Source of the DNA: an uncultured Planctomycetota bacterium
Lineage (GTDB): Bacteria; Planctomycetota; Planctomycetia; Gemmatales; Gemmataceae
Direction of reading: 5' to 3'
DNA length: 64,000 nt
Assembly (NCBI GenBank): GCA_963849325.1
Contig: CAWKHF010000014.1
Span: 15,217-79,216, forward strand
Shown here: positions 11,123 through 23,042 of the stretch, in pieces
Layout of the letters: each line of letters opens with the position of its first letter
Numbering within the stretch: position 1 is the first letter of the stretch
Position numbers and translations under genes: made by a program
The notes under the pieces: generated by a model
Databases searched by the model: none
What the model saw: the letters and a program-made list of their open reading frames with translations, nothing else
Told to the model about the DNA's origin: nothing

Positions 11123-13266
11123 ATGTCCCAGCCCACGCGGAACAGCCTCGAACTCTGTTCGTCCGTCGAACCGCCTGACACCCTCTTCCGTCTGGCGCGT
11201 CATCGCGCCGGGGAGCACCCGGACGTTCGCGGTTACACCTTCCTCGCCGACGGCGAGACGGAAGAGCAGATCCTGACCTACGGCGACCTGGACGCGCGGG
11301 CGCGGGCGATCGCCGCCCGCATTCAGTCCGTCTGCCGTCCGGGCGAACACGTCCTGCTGCTGTACGGCCCGGGCCTGGATTACATCGTCGCCCTGTTCGC
11401 CTGCCAGTACGCCGGCGTCGTCCCTGTCCCCGCCTATCCGCCGGATCCCCTGCGAGCGGCGCGGACGCTGTCGCGGCTGCAGGCCATCGTGACCGACTGC
11501 GGAGCGAGCCTGGCGCTGGGCAGCGACGAACACCTCGGCTGGCTCGGCGGCGCCCTGGCCGGCGATTTGGGGCTACGGCTGGCGCTCTCGACGGAACGAT
11601 GGCCGGAGTGGACGGGATTGCCGTGGACCGCGCCGGAAACGCACCCCGACCAGGTCGCCCTGTTGCAGTACACGTCCGGCTCGACGGCCACGCCGCGCGG
11701 CGTCATGGTGACGCACCGCAACTTGTGGTTTCAATTTCAGGGGATGCAGGTCGCCGATAGCGACGACTCGGCCGGCGTGAGCTGGCTGCCGCTGTATCAC
11801 GACCTGGGCCTGATCGGCGGGGCCTTGACGCCGATCTACTTCCGTCGTCCAGTGACGCTGATGTCGCCGTTAGCCTTCGTCCAGCGACCTCTGCGCTGGC
11901 TGCATGCCATCTCGCGCTACCCGCGCTCCCATCACGGGCGCCCCCAACTTCGCCTTGGACCTGTGCGTGAGTAAGTTCTCTCCCACCGAGGCGGAAGGGC
12001 CTCGACCTGTCTTGCCTGCGCGTCCTCCTGACCGGGGCCGAGCCAGTGCGGTCCGATACGCTCGACCGCTTCACCGCAACCTTCGCTCCGTATGGCCTCT
12101 CCTCGAGGGTTTGGTGTCCCTGTTTTGGCCTGGCGGAAGCGACCCTCGGCGTGACGGCCGCCACCGACGCCGCGCAGGTGCGACGACTGGACTTCGCGCT
12201 CCGCGAACTGGAACGCAACCGAGCCGTGCCCGTAACGGGCACCGGCGAGCCATGTCGTCGCCTGGTTGGCTGCGGCCGGCCCCTGGAAGGCAGCGAGGTA
12301 CTCGTCGTCGATCCGCTCCGCCGCACGGCCCTGCCGGATGGACAGGTCGGCGAGATTTGGGTACACGGACCCAACGTGGCACGCGGCTACTGGAACAAGC
12401 CGGAGGAGACCGAAGCTCTCTTCCACGCCCGCCTGGCCGACGACGGCGAACGGGGGCCATACCTGCGAACCGGCGACCTGGGCTTTTTCCACGACGGGCA
12501 ACTGTACCTGACGGGACGGATGAAAGAGACGATGGTGTTCTGGGGCCGCAATGTCTACCCTCAGGACGTGGAGAGGACGGTCGGCTCCTGTCATCCGTCC
12601 TTGAAGCAAAACGGCGGCGCCGCCTTCGCCGTCGAGGTGGACGGCCGGGAGCAGTTGGCCGTGGTGCAGGAGGTCGTTCGCCCCGGCAAGGTCGATCTCA
12701 ACGCCGTTGCCGACGCCGTCCGCCAGGCGGTCCAGGCGGAGCACCTCGTTCCTCTGCATGTCCTCGTCCTCATCAAGCCGGGCACCCTGCCCAAGACCTC
12801 CAGCGGCAAGACGCAGCGCAACCTGGTGCGCGAGCGGTTCCTGGCCGGCGAACTGGCCGTGGTACGACGGTGGCACTCCGCGGTTGAGGGAGAGGCGGCG
12901 CCCGCCGCGATAGAAGGGCGAGCGTTCAGCCGCGAGGAGATTCGCTCCTGGCTGGTGGCTCGCGTCGCCCGGCACTGCCAGGTGGCCGAGAGCGAGATCG
13001 ATCCCGGCCTGGCCATCAACAGCTACGTCCTGGATTCGGTCAGCGCCGTTACGATCGCCACGGAGCTTCAGGACTGGCTGGGCCGAACCATCTCGCCGAC
13101 GGTACTCTACGATAGCCCTTCGCTCTCGGTCCTGGCCGGACGACTCGCCGACCCGCCCACGCAAGTCCCGGTGGTTGCGGTCGAGAAGCTGACACCCGGC
13201 GAGCTGGACGACGTCCTGATGCGGTTGCTCGGGGATTCGGGCGAGCCGCTATTTCCCAACCACTAG
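11123..13266 (+). CDS. Fatty acyl-AMP ligase with C-terminal ACP (FAAL-ACP; indels near 11920-12000)
   Basis: [54 protein letters not shown], then ACP ...NSYVLDSVSAVTIATELQDWLG. Confidence 0.9.
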
Positions 13267-13321
13267 CCCGGAGCGTCCGCGACGGGTGCCACGAACCCAT
13301 CGCGGACGCTCTGGGCTAGTA
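13262..13321. repeat. REP-like palindrome (ACTAGCCCG...CGGGCTAGT family; second copy at 49914-49975)
   Basis: Imperfect inverted repeat actagcccggagcgtccgcga...tcgcggacgctctgggctagt. Confidence 0.75.
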
Positions 13322-13467
13322 GTTGGAACCACGCTACCCGCCAGCCCCGGCCATCCTTACACTGAAGAGGAACGATTTCCTCACAAGCCCCCAGCGCAAG
13401 CGACGGACGGAAAAACCCATCACCTGGGCTGCGGGCTACTATAATTTCGCATCCACGGATTCACTCG

Positions 13468-14229
13468 ATGACCGGCGACAACGCCCCCTGGCTTTCCCCT
13501 TCCTGCCTGATCTACTGCGATCATCTGCAGCGCCGCTACCCCGATGGCGAGGTGATGGCCGTGCGCGACATCACGCTGCGCATCGATCGCGGCGAGTACG
13601 TCGCCATCATGGGGCCCAGCGGCAGCGGCAAATCGACGCTCTTGAACCTCATCGCCGGCCTGGATCGGCCCACGGCGGGGGAGGTCTACTTCGAGGGCGA
13701 AGCGCTCTCCCGCGCCGGCTCGCGCAGCCGACTGCGCATCGACAAGATCGGCTTCGTGTTTCAGTCGTTCAACCTGCTGGCGACGCTGACCGCCTGCGAG
13801 AACGTGCAGGTGCCGATGTTCGAGGGGCCGCTGCCGGGACGGGCACGCCGCCGCAAGGCCATCGAGTTGCTCGGCCTGGTCGGCCTGGGGCACCGGCAGA
13901 ATCATTTGCCGAGCCAGTTGTCCGGCGGCGAGAAGCAGCGCGTGGCCGTGGCGAGGGCGCTGGCCAACGATCCCCGCGCCCTTCTGGCCGACGAACCGAC
14001 CGGCAACCTCGACAGCGCCAGCGGCGAGGAAGTGCTGGCCCTGTTCGACCGGCTGCAAGCGGAGCGGAAGGTCACGCCGATCGTCGTCACGCACAGCGAC
14101 GAGGTAGCCCGACGGGCGCGGCGGCTGATCCGCCTCCGCGACGGACGGATCGTCGAGGATTGCCGAACCGGCGAAGCGGCGGACGAGCGCTCACCCGCGG
14201 CGCGGCCTCAGAGCCAGCCCCGATCATGA
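13468..14229 (+). CDS. ABC transporter ATP-binding protein (LolD/MacB type)
   Basis: Walker A GPSGSGKST, IGFVFQSFNL, LSGGEKQRVAVARAL, LADEPTGNLD, VTH. Confidence 0.93.
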   Translation: MTGDNAPWLSPSCLIYCDHLQRRYPDGEVMAVRDITLRIDRGEYVAIMGPSGSGKSTLLNLIAGLDRPTAGEVYFEGEALSRAGSRSRLRIDKIGFVFQSFNLLATLTACENVQVPMFEGPLPGRARRRKAIELLGLVGLGHRQNHLPSQLSGGEKQRVAVARALANDPRALLADEPTGNLDSASGEEVLALFDRLQAERKVTPIVVTHSDEVARRARRLIRLRDGRIVEDCRTGEAADERSPAARPQSQPRS

Positions 14230-15233
14230 TACCAGCGGGCGGTGGCGCGCAACCCGGTCGCCAAGTCGTTGCGGCAGACGAAGCCGAGTTCGTGTTTGGC
14301 CTTGCTCGGGTCGCAGATCCAGGAGCCGGCCAGGATCTCGCGGAGCTTGTCGGAGTTGAGCCAGTAGGCGCGGCCGACCGGCCGCGCCCGGTAATCGTTG
14401 ATGTAGGCGCCGAGCCAACACAGGGGAAGGGGGACGCGAATGCTCCAGGAGATTCGGCTGCCCACGGCCTCGGCCATGAGATTGGCCAACTCGGTCACGG
14501 TGGGCCGCTCGTCGAGGGCGACGAAGTAGACGCCGCTTTCGTCGCGGAGAGGGTCGGCATACGGAACCAGGCGCCGTCCCCGCTCGGCGGCCAGGACCAT
14601 CGCCTCCACGAGGTCTTCGACGTAGATCCAGGAGTGGCGCGATTTGTCGAGTCCCGGATGCAGGACGATGCCTCGCCGGGCCAGGCGGAGTAGCTTGAGC
14701 AGGTACGGCTCGCCGGGTCCGAACACGCACGGAGGACGCAAGACGGTGATAGGCAGTCGGCCCGCCAAGGAGCGCAGGCTCCGTTCGCCGTCCAACTTGC
14801 TCCGGCCATAGTCCGATACCGGGCGGGGAGGGTAATCCTCGCTCAGAGGTCGGTAGCGTGACGGGCCGGCGGCGGCCAGCGAGGAGATGTACACGAAGGT
14901 TGGCGGCACGGAGCGGCCGGCGCAGGCCTCGGCCAACCAGCGCGTTCCTCGGGCGTTGACCAGCCGGTAGGTACACGGATGGATCGCCAGCGTGGCCCCG
15001 GCCAGGTGATAGACCGTCTCGACCCCGGACACCGCCTCCTCGAGGGAATCCCGCACGGTGACGTCGCCGCGGACGTACTCAACGTCAGAGGGGAGGGGAC
15101 TGTCGATGGGCATCGCCCGCAGCCGATCCGGATTGCGGACCAAGCAGCGCACTTGGTCGCCGCGCTCCACGAGGCGCCGGACGAGGTGCCGCCCGATGAA
15201 GCCGGTTGCGCCGGTGACGAGCACTCGCGCCAT
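14208..15233 (-). CDS. NAD-dependent epimerase/dehydratase (extended SDR)
   Basis: VTGATGFIG, VYHLAG, YISSLAA, YGRSK (YxxxK), LRPPCVFGP. Confidence 0.9.
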   Translation of the reverse strand: MARVLVTGATGFIGRHLVRRLVERGDQVRCLVRNPDRLRAMPIDSPLPSDVEYVRGDVTVRDSLEEAVSGVETVYHLAGATLAIHPCTYRLVNARGTRWLAEACAGRSVPPTFVYISSLAAAGPSRYRPLSEDYPPRPVSDYGRSKLDGERSLRSLAGRLPITVLRPPCVFGPGEPYLLKLLRLARRGIVLHPGLDKSRHSWIYVEDLVEAMVLAAERGRRLVPYADPLRDESGVYFVALDERPTVTELANLMAEAVGSRISWSIRVPLPLCWLGAYINDYRARPVGRAYWLNSDKLREILAGSWICDPSKAKHELGFVCRNDLATGLRATARWYHDRGWL

Positions 15234-15268
15234 GATGAACTCCGCGTCCTGATAGGGAGTCTTGAGCC

Positions 15269-16400
15269 ATGTGGTTTACGACGTTTATCTTCCGCAACCT
15301 GACGCGGCGACCGCTGCGATCGCTGCTGACCGCCTTCGCCGTCGCCATCGCCATCGGCTCCGTCATCGCCCTGGTGGGCGTCGCCAGCGGCTTCGAGCAG
15401 ACGTTCCTGACGCTGTACGCCAACGCCGGCGTGGACCTGACCGTGATCCGCTCGGGCGCCCGGCAGCGCTTGAACAGCACCCTCGACGAGAGACTGGGCG
15501 ACAAGATCCAGCAAATCGACGGCGTCCGCGAGGTCCTGGCCGGCCTGGCCGACATGGTGTCGTTCCAGGAGGCCGGCCTGTACAGCGTCCTCGTGCAGGG
15601 TTGGGAGCCGCAGACCGCCATCTTCAACCACTTGAAGATGAAGGAGGGACGCAGCCTGGTCAAGGGCGACAAGCGGGCCGTGCTGCTGGGCGTCATCCTG
15701 GCCGGCAATCTCGGCAAGACCGTCGGCGACGAGGTCGAGGTCGTCGAGGGCGAGAAATACCGTGTTGTCGGAATTTATGAGAGCAATAATATCTTTGAAA
15801 ACGGCGCCCTGGTCATGCCCATCAAGGAACTGCAGCGCCTCATGGATCGGCAGGGCAAGGTAACGGGCTTCAGCCTGATCCTGGACAACCCGCACGACAC
15901 GGCCGCCGTACAGGAGATCCGCCGCCGGATTGAGGCGCTCGCCCCCGGCTTGTCGGCCCTGACGACGGAGGACCACGTCAAGAGCATCAGCGAAATCCGC
16001 CTGGCCAAGGGCATGGCCTGGCTGACGTCGTCCATCGCCCTGTTCATCGGCTTTTTCGGCATGTTGAACACCATGGTCATGTCGGTCCACGAGCGCATGC
16101 ACGAGATCGGCGTTCTGCGCGCGTTGGGCTGGCGGATGACTGCGCGTCATCCGCATGATCGTGCTGGAGTCGGTCTTCCTCAGCGCCGTGGGAGCGCTGG
16201 CGGGCATGACCGGCGCCTTGGCCCTTGTCCACCTGCTGACCCACTTTCCTGCCGTCAAGGGGCTGATCGACCCGAACATTCATCCGCGTTTCTTCGCCTA
16301 CGGCCTGGGCATCGCCGTGGTCCTGGGCCTGCTCGGCAGCATCCTGCCGGCCGTGCGCGCGGCCCGCATGTTACCGACCGAGGCGCTGCGCTACGAATGA
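15269..16400 (+). CDS. ABC transporter permease (MacB/FtsX family; indel near 16140)
   Basis: RNLTRRPLRSLLT, TM1, large periplasmic loop, NTMVMSVHERMHEIGVLRALGW, C-terminal PAVRAARMLPTEALRYE. Confidence 0.9.
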
Positions 16401-16403
16401 ACT

Positions 16404-16527
16404 CAAAAGAGCCTCACGCAAAGGCGCAAAGAACGCAAAGGTAAAGAAATAGAAGGACAAAAACGGACTTCCCTTTCGTATCTCATCTTTCTTTGCGTTC
16501 TTTGCGCCTTTGCGTGAGGCTCTTTTG
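16404..16527. repeat. Long palindrome (CGCAAAGGCGCAAAG family), likely bidirectional terminator/REP
   Basis: caaaagagcctcacgcaaaggcgcaaagaacgcaaag ... ctttgcgttctttgcgcctttgcgtgaggctcttttg, perfect inverted arms of about 37 bp. Confidence 0.85.
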
Positions 16528-16669
16528 GGTGGAACCACTTAACCATAGCCCCCACTTTGCCACGGGTAAACTGCCTTTCCGCAGCAGCCATCAAGAGCGC
16601 CGGTCCTATCGCCGATAACATCTTTGCAGTGTTTGCAGGCTTTCGGATTTTTCCCGGCCTTGCCGGAGG

Positions 16670-17749
16670 ATGGCCCCCGTGCGAAGCGCATTGCGGCTGT
16701 GCTGGTGTGTGCTCGGACTGCTGCCGGCCGGCTGCGGCTGTCTGCCGCCGATGAAAGTCAACACGCAGGGCGACGTCAACGTCTCGGTGCGCACGCCGGT
16801 GACGGCGAAGGTGGACGCCACGCTCAACACCATCTCGGACCCGGGACCGCTCCAGGAAATCTGCTTTGCCGCCCTCGTGTCCGCCGGGAAGCGAGAAGAT
16901 CGCGGTCCTGGACGTGGATGGTCTGCTGCTGAATCTCAATCGAGTCGGCGCGTACTCGCTGGGTGAGAACCCGGTGGCGGCATTCCAGGAGAAGTTGATG
17001 GCGGCGGCGGCGGACCCCGCCGTCAAGGCCGTCGTCGTCCGCATCAACAGTCCCGGCGGCAGCGTGGCGGCGGCCGAGCTGATGGGCCGCTCCCTGGCCG
17101 ATTTCCGCCAGCACTGCGGTAAGCCGGTCGTCGCCTGCCTGCTCGACATGGGCGCCGGCGGCGGCTACTACCTCGCCAGCGGTTGCGATCAAGTCTTTGC
17201 CATCCCTGCCGCGGTGGTCGGCGGTATTGGCGTCATGTTGAATCTCTATTATCTCGAAATTGCCATGGAGCAGTGGAATGTCTTCCCCGCCGCCATCAAA
17301 TCCGGCGAGCACACCGACATGGGCAACCCGGCACGCAAAATGACGGCCGAGGAGAAGGCCATGCTGACGGCGATGGCCCGAGAATATCACGAGAATTTCA
17401 AGCAAGTCGTCCTGCGCCACCGCCCGCGCCTGAAGGCGGAGGCGGGCGTTTTCGATGGCCGCGTCATGTCGGCGTCGAAGGCGGCCGAGGTCGGTCTGAT
17501 CGACGGTGTCGGCTTCTTACCGGAGGCCATCGAAAGGGCCCGGCAGCTGGCGAACGCCGGCCCCGTCACCGCGGTGATGTATTCGCGCGCAGCAGTCCCG
17601 CCCGGTCGCTGTACGAGGTCGCACCCAATCGGCCGGCCCAGGCCCTCAATATGCCCTGGAGCGTTCCCGGCATGGACCGCAGCCGAATGCCGCTGTTTCT
17701 GTACCTGTGGCAGGTCGAGCCGACGCTGCTGCGAGTCGCGCCCGATTGA
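16670..17749 (+). CDS. S49/SppA-family lipoprotein, catalytic residues substituted (two indels)
   Basis: Lipobox-like LLPAGC; KIAVLDVDG, VVVRINSPGGS, KPVVA, GAGGGYYLA, VGGIGV, IKSGEHTDMG, FDGRV, GLIDGVG. Confidence 0.85.
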
Positions 17750-17759
17750 GGCCGACGCT

Positions 17760-18937
17760 TCAAACGCGGACGACACGTCCTTTGTGGACCTGATAGCGGA
17801 CGCCGCGCCAACGAACCGTGCGCGCGAACAACGAGGTCCAGGCGATGACCGGGGCGAGCAGGTCCGCCAGCGGATTGGCCCAGTAATAGACCCAGCGCAG
17901 GCGACGCATTTTCTCGACGTGGGCCGGGAACAGAGAGCGCGACAACTGGTACGTCATCAGGCCGCGTCCCAGGTAGTACACGGCGGCGACGGCCAGGGCA
18001 CCGGCGGGCAGCGCCCAACCCAACCCCTGGTTCGGCACGAAGAAGAGCGCCCCACTCATCAGGAAGAAGGCGGCGTACACGTTCGCGGCCGCGAACCCCA
18101 TCAGCCACAGCCACGGCGTCACGATGCGGATGAGCTGGGACTGACGCACGGCCCAGCGGAAGAAATCGCCGAAGCGCTCGGCCGGCTCGCTGAGGACCAT
18201 GCCGCCGGGGCTAAAGCCGGTGCGCTCACCGGCGCGATGCGTGCAGACTTGCAGGGCCAGGTCGTCGGTGATGGCCCGGCGCAAATGATCCTCGAAGCGG
18301 AGTCGTTCGTAGGTGTCGCGCGTGAACGCCATCGAGCCGCCCCAGGTCGTCTTGCCCAGCGCGTGCAGCAGACACCATTCGGAATCCCACGCCGATTGCA
18401 GATAGCCGGTACACGAACGGTTCGCCGGGACGTACCAGCGGAACCCCGAGACGAGTGAGCAATGTTGCAAGCCCGCCACCAGGCGCGCAGCCAATCGCCG
18501 TCGCGCGGAAGGCCGTCCGAATCGCTGCACACGAAGACGTCCACGTCCGGAGCGGCGGATCGCAGCGCCGCTACCTGGTTGGAGATTTTCTCGACGCAGC
18601 CCGGCAGGCGCGGCGCGACGACCATCGAGGCGGGCCGGCATTTCTCGCTGGCGATAAGTTCCTGGATGATCGCGCAGGCCGGATCGTCGGCGTCCGCCAC
18701 GGTGAAGACGATGCGATAATCGGGATAATCGTGGTGAAAATGACGGCGCAGGTTTTCTTTCAGGTCCGGGTCCAGCCCCTTGCACGGAATAATCAGGGCG
18801 ACCCGAGGCCATTCCTTGCGGTCCTTCACCGCCGCATGACGCCGGCTGATCCAGAGAGCGTGGAACGAATAGCCGTACAGAAACAACATGACGACCAGCA
18901 TGGCCGCGCAAACGGTGCCGTAGACGATGTCGATCAT
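17760..18937 (-). CDS. GT2-fold glycosyltransferase, GT21 (ceramide glucosyltransferase/HpnI-like); indels near 18460-18490
   Basis: N-terminal TM; VALIIPCKGLDPDL, VEKISNQ, CSDSDG, WGGSMAF, ITDDLAL, FFRWAVRQ; C-terminal TMs and VRWRGVRY. Confidence 0.8.
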
Positions 18938-19084
18938 TCGACTTCCGCCTGGCGAGCGGGGTCGCATTAGCGCCCCGAGCGCACGCATTCGGGCGCTGAT
19001 GCGACCCCGCTCGCCACTGTTGAAAGCGCTTTGACGCTCCCGGCTCGCCAAAAAGTTACCGCCTCTTACAGTTGTTCCAGGAGT

Positions 19085-19348
19085 TTATCGTAAGCGTGAA
19101 GATAATGGGCGTGTGAACCGATCCAGAACCAAATGATCGTGCCGCCGTCCAATGCGCCGAACCGCGCGGTAGCCGATGCCGACACGGGCCGAGTAGATCG
19201 GTGGGTCCGCATTCACCTGTTTGAAGTGCCAGCCGGGGTGCGCGGGATTCTGCTGGAAGAGTCGGTACGCTTCTTGAGCCTGCCGCCGGACGTGTGCCGG
19301 CAGCGCCGCCAACAACTCGCGGAAGCGGCGAGTGGTCCGCGAGTTCAT
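19085..19348 (-). CDS. RelE/ParE-like toxin
   Basis: MNSRTTRRFRELLAALP...FQQNPAHP..HFKQV...YSARVGIGYRAV. The 3' end (..WFWIGSH) lies in a shifted frame. Overlaps the upstream small gene. Confidence 0.75.
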   Translation of the reverse strand: MNSRTTRRFRELLAALPAHVRRQAQEAYRLFQQNPAHPGWHFKQVNADPPIYSARVGIGYRAVRRIGRRHDHLVLDRFTRPLSSRLR

Positions 19349-19562
19349 AGCGCTCCGGGTCTAACTCCTCGGTCATCCCCGCACGGTGCTCGGCGAGAGC
19401 CTCAACCGCCAGATGGACGAGTTTGTCCGAAGAACGAGCGATAGCGCGGTCGAAGTCGTCCTCTGCTGCCAACTCCGCAAGCAACCGGGAAGCCAGCAAG
19501 TCTTGCTCGGCGGCAGATAACTTGGCTGCTTCGACGAATGCCTGTTGAAGCAATGTGGTCAT
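19345..19562 (-). CDS. Putative antitoxin
   Basis: RBS GGAGG; MTTLLQQAFVEAAKLSAAEQDLLASRLLAELAAEDDFDRAI...EALAEHRAG; coupled to the toxin start. Confidence 0.7.
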
Positions 19563-19626
19563 CGCGATACCTCCTTCCTCCCCATTATAGCTTCGACAAA
19601 ACACTGTGGAGAGGACAAGGTATCGA

Positions 19627-20753
19627 TCAATTCCAGGCGATCCGGTTGAGGACCTCGATACCGCGTTCCAGGGTACGTTCATCGGCGGCGTAGCTGAGAC
19701 GGAAATGCGTATCGCGGGAGCTGAACACGTTGCCGGGGATGAGCAGCAGATTATTGCGGATCGCCTCGGTGACGAAGGCGCTGCCGGTGCCGTGCGGCGC
19801 TTTCGGAAAGGCGTAGAACGCCCCTTCGGGCCGCACCAACTCATAGCGGTCTTTCAACCCCTCGTAGATGCGATCGCGCTTGCGGCGATAGTCGGCGACG
19901 ATAGCGGACACGTCGTAATCCCAGGCGGCGACGCCAGCGTGCTGTACGATGCTCGGGGCGCAGACGAAGCTGAACTGTTGCAGCGTGATCATCTCCTCGA
20001 TGAGCCGGCGCGGCCCATGAGCGAAACCCAGGCGCCAGCCGGTCATCCCATACGCCTTGCTGAAGCCGTCGAAGACCAGCACGTCCTCGTTGAACTCCGC
20101 CGGGCTGACGAACGGTTGATCGTAGCAGAAAATGCGATAAACCTCGTCGCTGAGCAAGAGTACGCCGCGTTCACGCGCAGGAGGGCGAGGTCGCGCAGCA
20201 GCTCGCGCGAATGGACGCGGCCGGTGGGGTTGGCCGGGCTGTTGACGAGGATGGCCTTGGTCCGTGGCGTCAGGGCGGCGCGGACGCGATCGGGATCGAT
20301 CGAGAAATCGGGGTAGGTATCGACGTAAACGGTCGTGCCGCCAGCGAGCGTGACGAGGTGCGGATACATGACGAAGTAGGGATCGAAGACGATCACCTCA
20401 TCGCCGGGGTTGACGGTGCAGCACAGGGCCAGAAGCAGGCCGCCGCTGGTGCCGCTGGTGACGAACACCTCGCGGTCGGCATGGCGATAACGAGTGCGTA
20501 GCTCGGCCTGGATCTTCGCGCGCAGCTCCGGGATGCCTTGCGTGACCGTGTAGGCATTGGCGCCGCGGTCGATGGCAGCGTGGGCGGCGGTCTTGATCGG
20601 CTCGGGTACGTCGAAGTCCGGCTGACCGATGCTGAGGTTGATCGGATCTTGGAGACTGCGCGCCAGCTCGAAGACCTTGCGGATGCCGGACGATTCGATG
20701 TGCCGCATGCGCTCGGCGATCCAGCGATCCGCCGGGTTGGAAGACTGCGCCAT
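19627..20753 (-). CDS. PLP-dependent class I/II aminotransferase (indel near 20170)
   Basis: INLSIGQPDF, NSPANPTG, LSDEVY, GFSKAYGMTGWRLG, PEGAFY, FRLSYA. Confidence 0.92.
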
Positions 20754-20782
20754 GTCCGCTATCTCCGATTGAGTCGCAGCCT

Positions 20783-20842
20783 ATCCGAGCCTGAAGCGTG
20801 AGCGAAGAAATTCCCTTCTTCGCTTACGCTTCAGGCTCGGAT
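20783..20842. repeat. REP-like palindrome (CCGAGCCTGAAGCG family; second copy at 21967-22017)
   Basis: atccgagcctgaagcgtgagcgaag...cttcgcttacgcttcaggctcggat; copies flank asd on both sides. Confidence 0.85.
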
Positions 20843-21867
20843 CGATCGTGGTAGCCAGCCGCGCTGCACGAGCACCTCGGCGATCTGCACCGCGTTGGTC
20901 GCCGCTCCCTTGCGGAGGTTGTCGGCGACCACCCACAGATTGAGTCCGTGCGGCACCGTCGGATCGCGGCGAATGCGGCCGACGAACACCTCGTCGCGGC
21001 CGGCGAGGTTCAGCGGCAGCGGCACCTCGCCCTTGCTGACATCGTCGAGCACCACGACGCCGGGAGCGCGGCGCAGCGCCTCGCGGGCCTGCTCCGCCGT
21101 GATCGGCTGGTGGAACTCCAGGTTGATCGCCTCGGAATGGCCGATGCGCACCGGCACGCGCACCGTCGTCGGCGACACCTGAATGCTGTCGTCGCCCATG
21201 ATCTTGCGCGTCTCGCGGACCATCTTCCATTCTTCTTCGGTGTAGCCCTCCTCGCCGGCCTTCCAGTCGTGCGGCAGGACGTTGCCGGCCAACTGGGCGG
21301 CATGGGCCTTGACCGGCGGGATCGGCTCGTTGCGGCCGACGGCAGCGAGCTGGGCGTCCAGCTCGAACATGCCGGTGGCGCCCTTGCCGGACGACGCCTG
21401 GTAGGTGGCGACCACCACGCGCTTGATCTGCGCCAGGTCGTGCAGCGGCTTCAGAGCGACGACCATCTGGATCGTCGAGCAATTGGGGTTGGCGACGATG
21501 CCCTTGGGGATGTGCCGCAGGGCGTCGGCGTTGACCTCCGGCACGACGAGCGGCACGTCCGGGTCCATGCGCCAGGCGCTGGAATTGTCGATGACGATGG
21601 CGCCGGCCCTGGCGGCCATCGGGCTGGATTCGCGGCTGACCGCCGGCCGGCGTACTCGACAGCACGATGTCCACGCCGGCGAACGCTTCGGGACGGATCG
21701 GCTCGACCGTGTACGTTTTGCCCTGGAAGGTCGAGGGTTTTACCCGCGCTGCGCTCGGAGGCGAGGAACTTGATGGCGCGGAAGGGGAACGCATGCTCGT
21801 CGAGCACCTGCCGCATGATTTCGCCGACCGCACCGGTCGCACCGACCACCGCAACGCTTGCTGACAT
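20831..21867 (-). CDS. asd: Aspartate-semialdehyde dehydrogenase (indels)
   Basis: VAVVGATGAVG, LASERSAGK, IDNSSAWRM, VVPEVN, ANPNCSTIQ, TYQASSG, RVPV..GHSE, VADNLRKGAATNAVQIAE. Confidence 0.95.
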
Positions 21868-22063
21868 AGTTCGTCGTCCGTAGTTCGCAACTCACCGTCC
21901 TAAACAACAAAATAAGCATACGCGATGATCCGTGAATTGACTACTCTGTTCTGTATGTGCTGACGATCCGAGCCTGAAGCGTAAGCGAAGAGCACTCTTC
22001 GCTTACGCTTCAGGCTCCGATAGGATCTCGCTTGCCTGGGCATTACAGACGACGGACGATCTT

Positions 22064-23042
22064 ATGCGTGTCCTTTTGACGGGTGGTTACGGTTGTATCG
22101 GCAGCTGGATCGTGCGCAACCTGCTGGAGCGCGGCGACGAAGCCTTCATCTACGATCTGAAGGAAGACCCGCGCCGGATGCGGCAAATCCTGAGCGACGA
22201 GCAGGTCCGCCACGTGACGTTCCTCCAGGGCGACGTGACCGACCTTGCCTGGCCTGAAGTCGGCCCTCCAACGACACGGCATCACGCACGTCGTCCACCT
22301 GGCCGGCCTGCAAGTGCCGGTGTGCCGGGCCAATCCGATCCTCGGCGCCAAGGTCAACGTCCTGGGCACGCTGGCCGTCTTCGAGGCGGTGCGCGAAGCA
22401 CAGGGCCGCGTGCAGCGTTTGGTCTACGCCAGCTCCGCCGCCGTGTTCGGCCCGCCGGAGAGCTATCCCGCCGGCCCGCTCGGCGATGACGTGCCGCTGA
22501 AACCGACGACGCACTACGGCTATTTCAAGTGCTGCAACGAAGGCAACGCCCGCATCTATTTCCAGGATCACGGCCTGTCGAGCATCGGCCTGCGGCCGTG
22601 GACGGTCTACGGCGTCGGCCGCGATTTCGGCATGACCAGCGAGCCGACCAAGGCCATCAAGTCGCTGGCGCTGGGCCGGCCGTACCACATCAGTTACGGC
22701 GGCTGGCAGGACTTGCAATTCGTCGAGGACGTCGCCGAGGTCTTCCTCCGCTGCCTGGAGGCGCCGTACACCGGGGCGAAGTCGTACAACCTGCGCGGCG
22801 ACGTGGTGGACCTGCCGGCGTTTCACCGGGCGCTGTGCGAGGTCGATCCGGCAGCGGCGCAGCTCATCACCTACGGCGAGCGGCAAATCGCCATCGCCTA
22901 CGACCTGGACGATTCGGCCCTGCAGCGCGACGTGGGACCGCTGCCGCACACGCCGCTGGTCGAGGGCATTCGGCAAACGCTGGCGCAGTTCAAGCAGTTG
23001 CAGGTCGGAGGACGACTGGATACCTCGGACCTGGAGGCTTAG
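22064..23042 (+). CDS. NAD-dependent epimerase/dehydratase (indel near 22245)
   Basis: LTGGYGCIG, VVHLAG, YASSAAVFG, HYGYFK, LRPWTVYG. Confidence 0.88.

Noticed and set aside
19627-23042. Aminotransferase, asd and second SDR as part of the lipid cluster
   Set aside because: They are separated from the cluster by a TA pair and look like ordinary housekeeping genes; linkage is unsupported.
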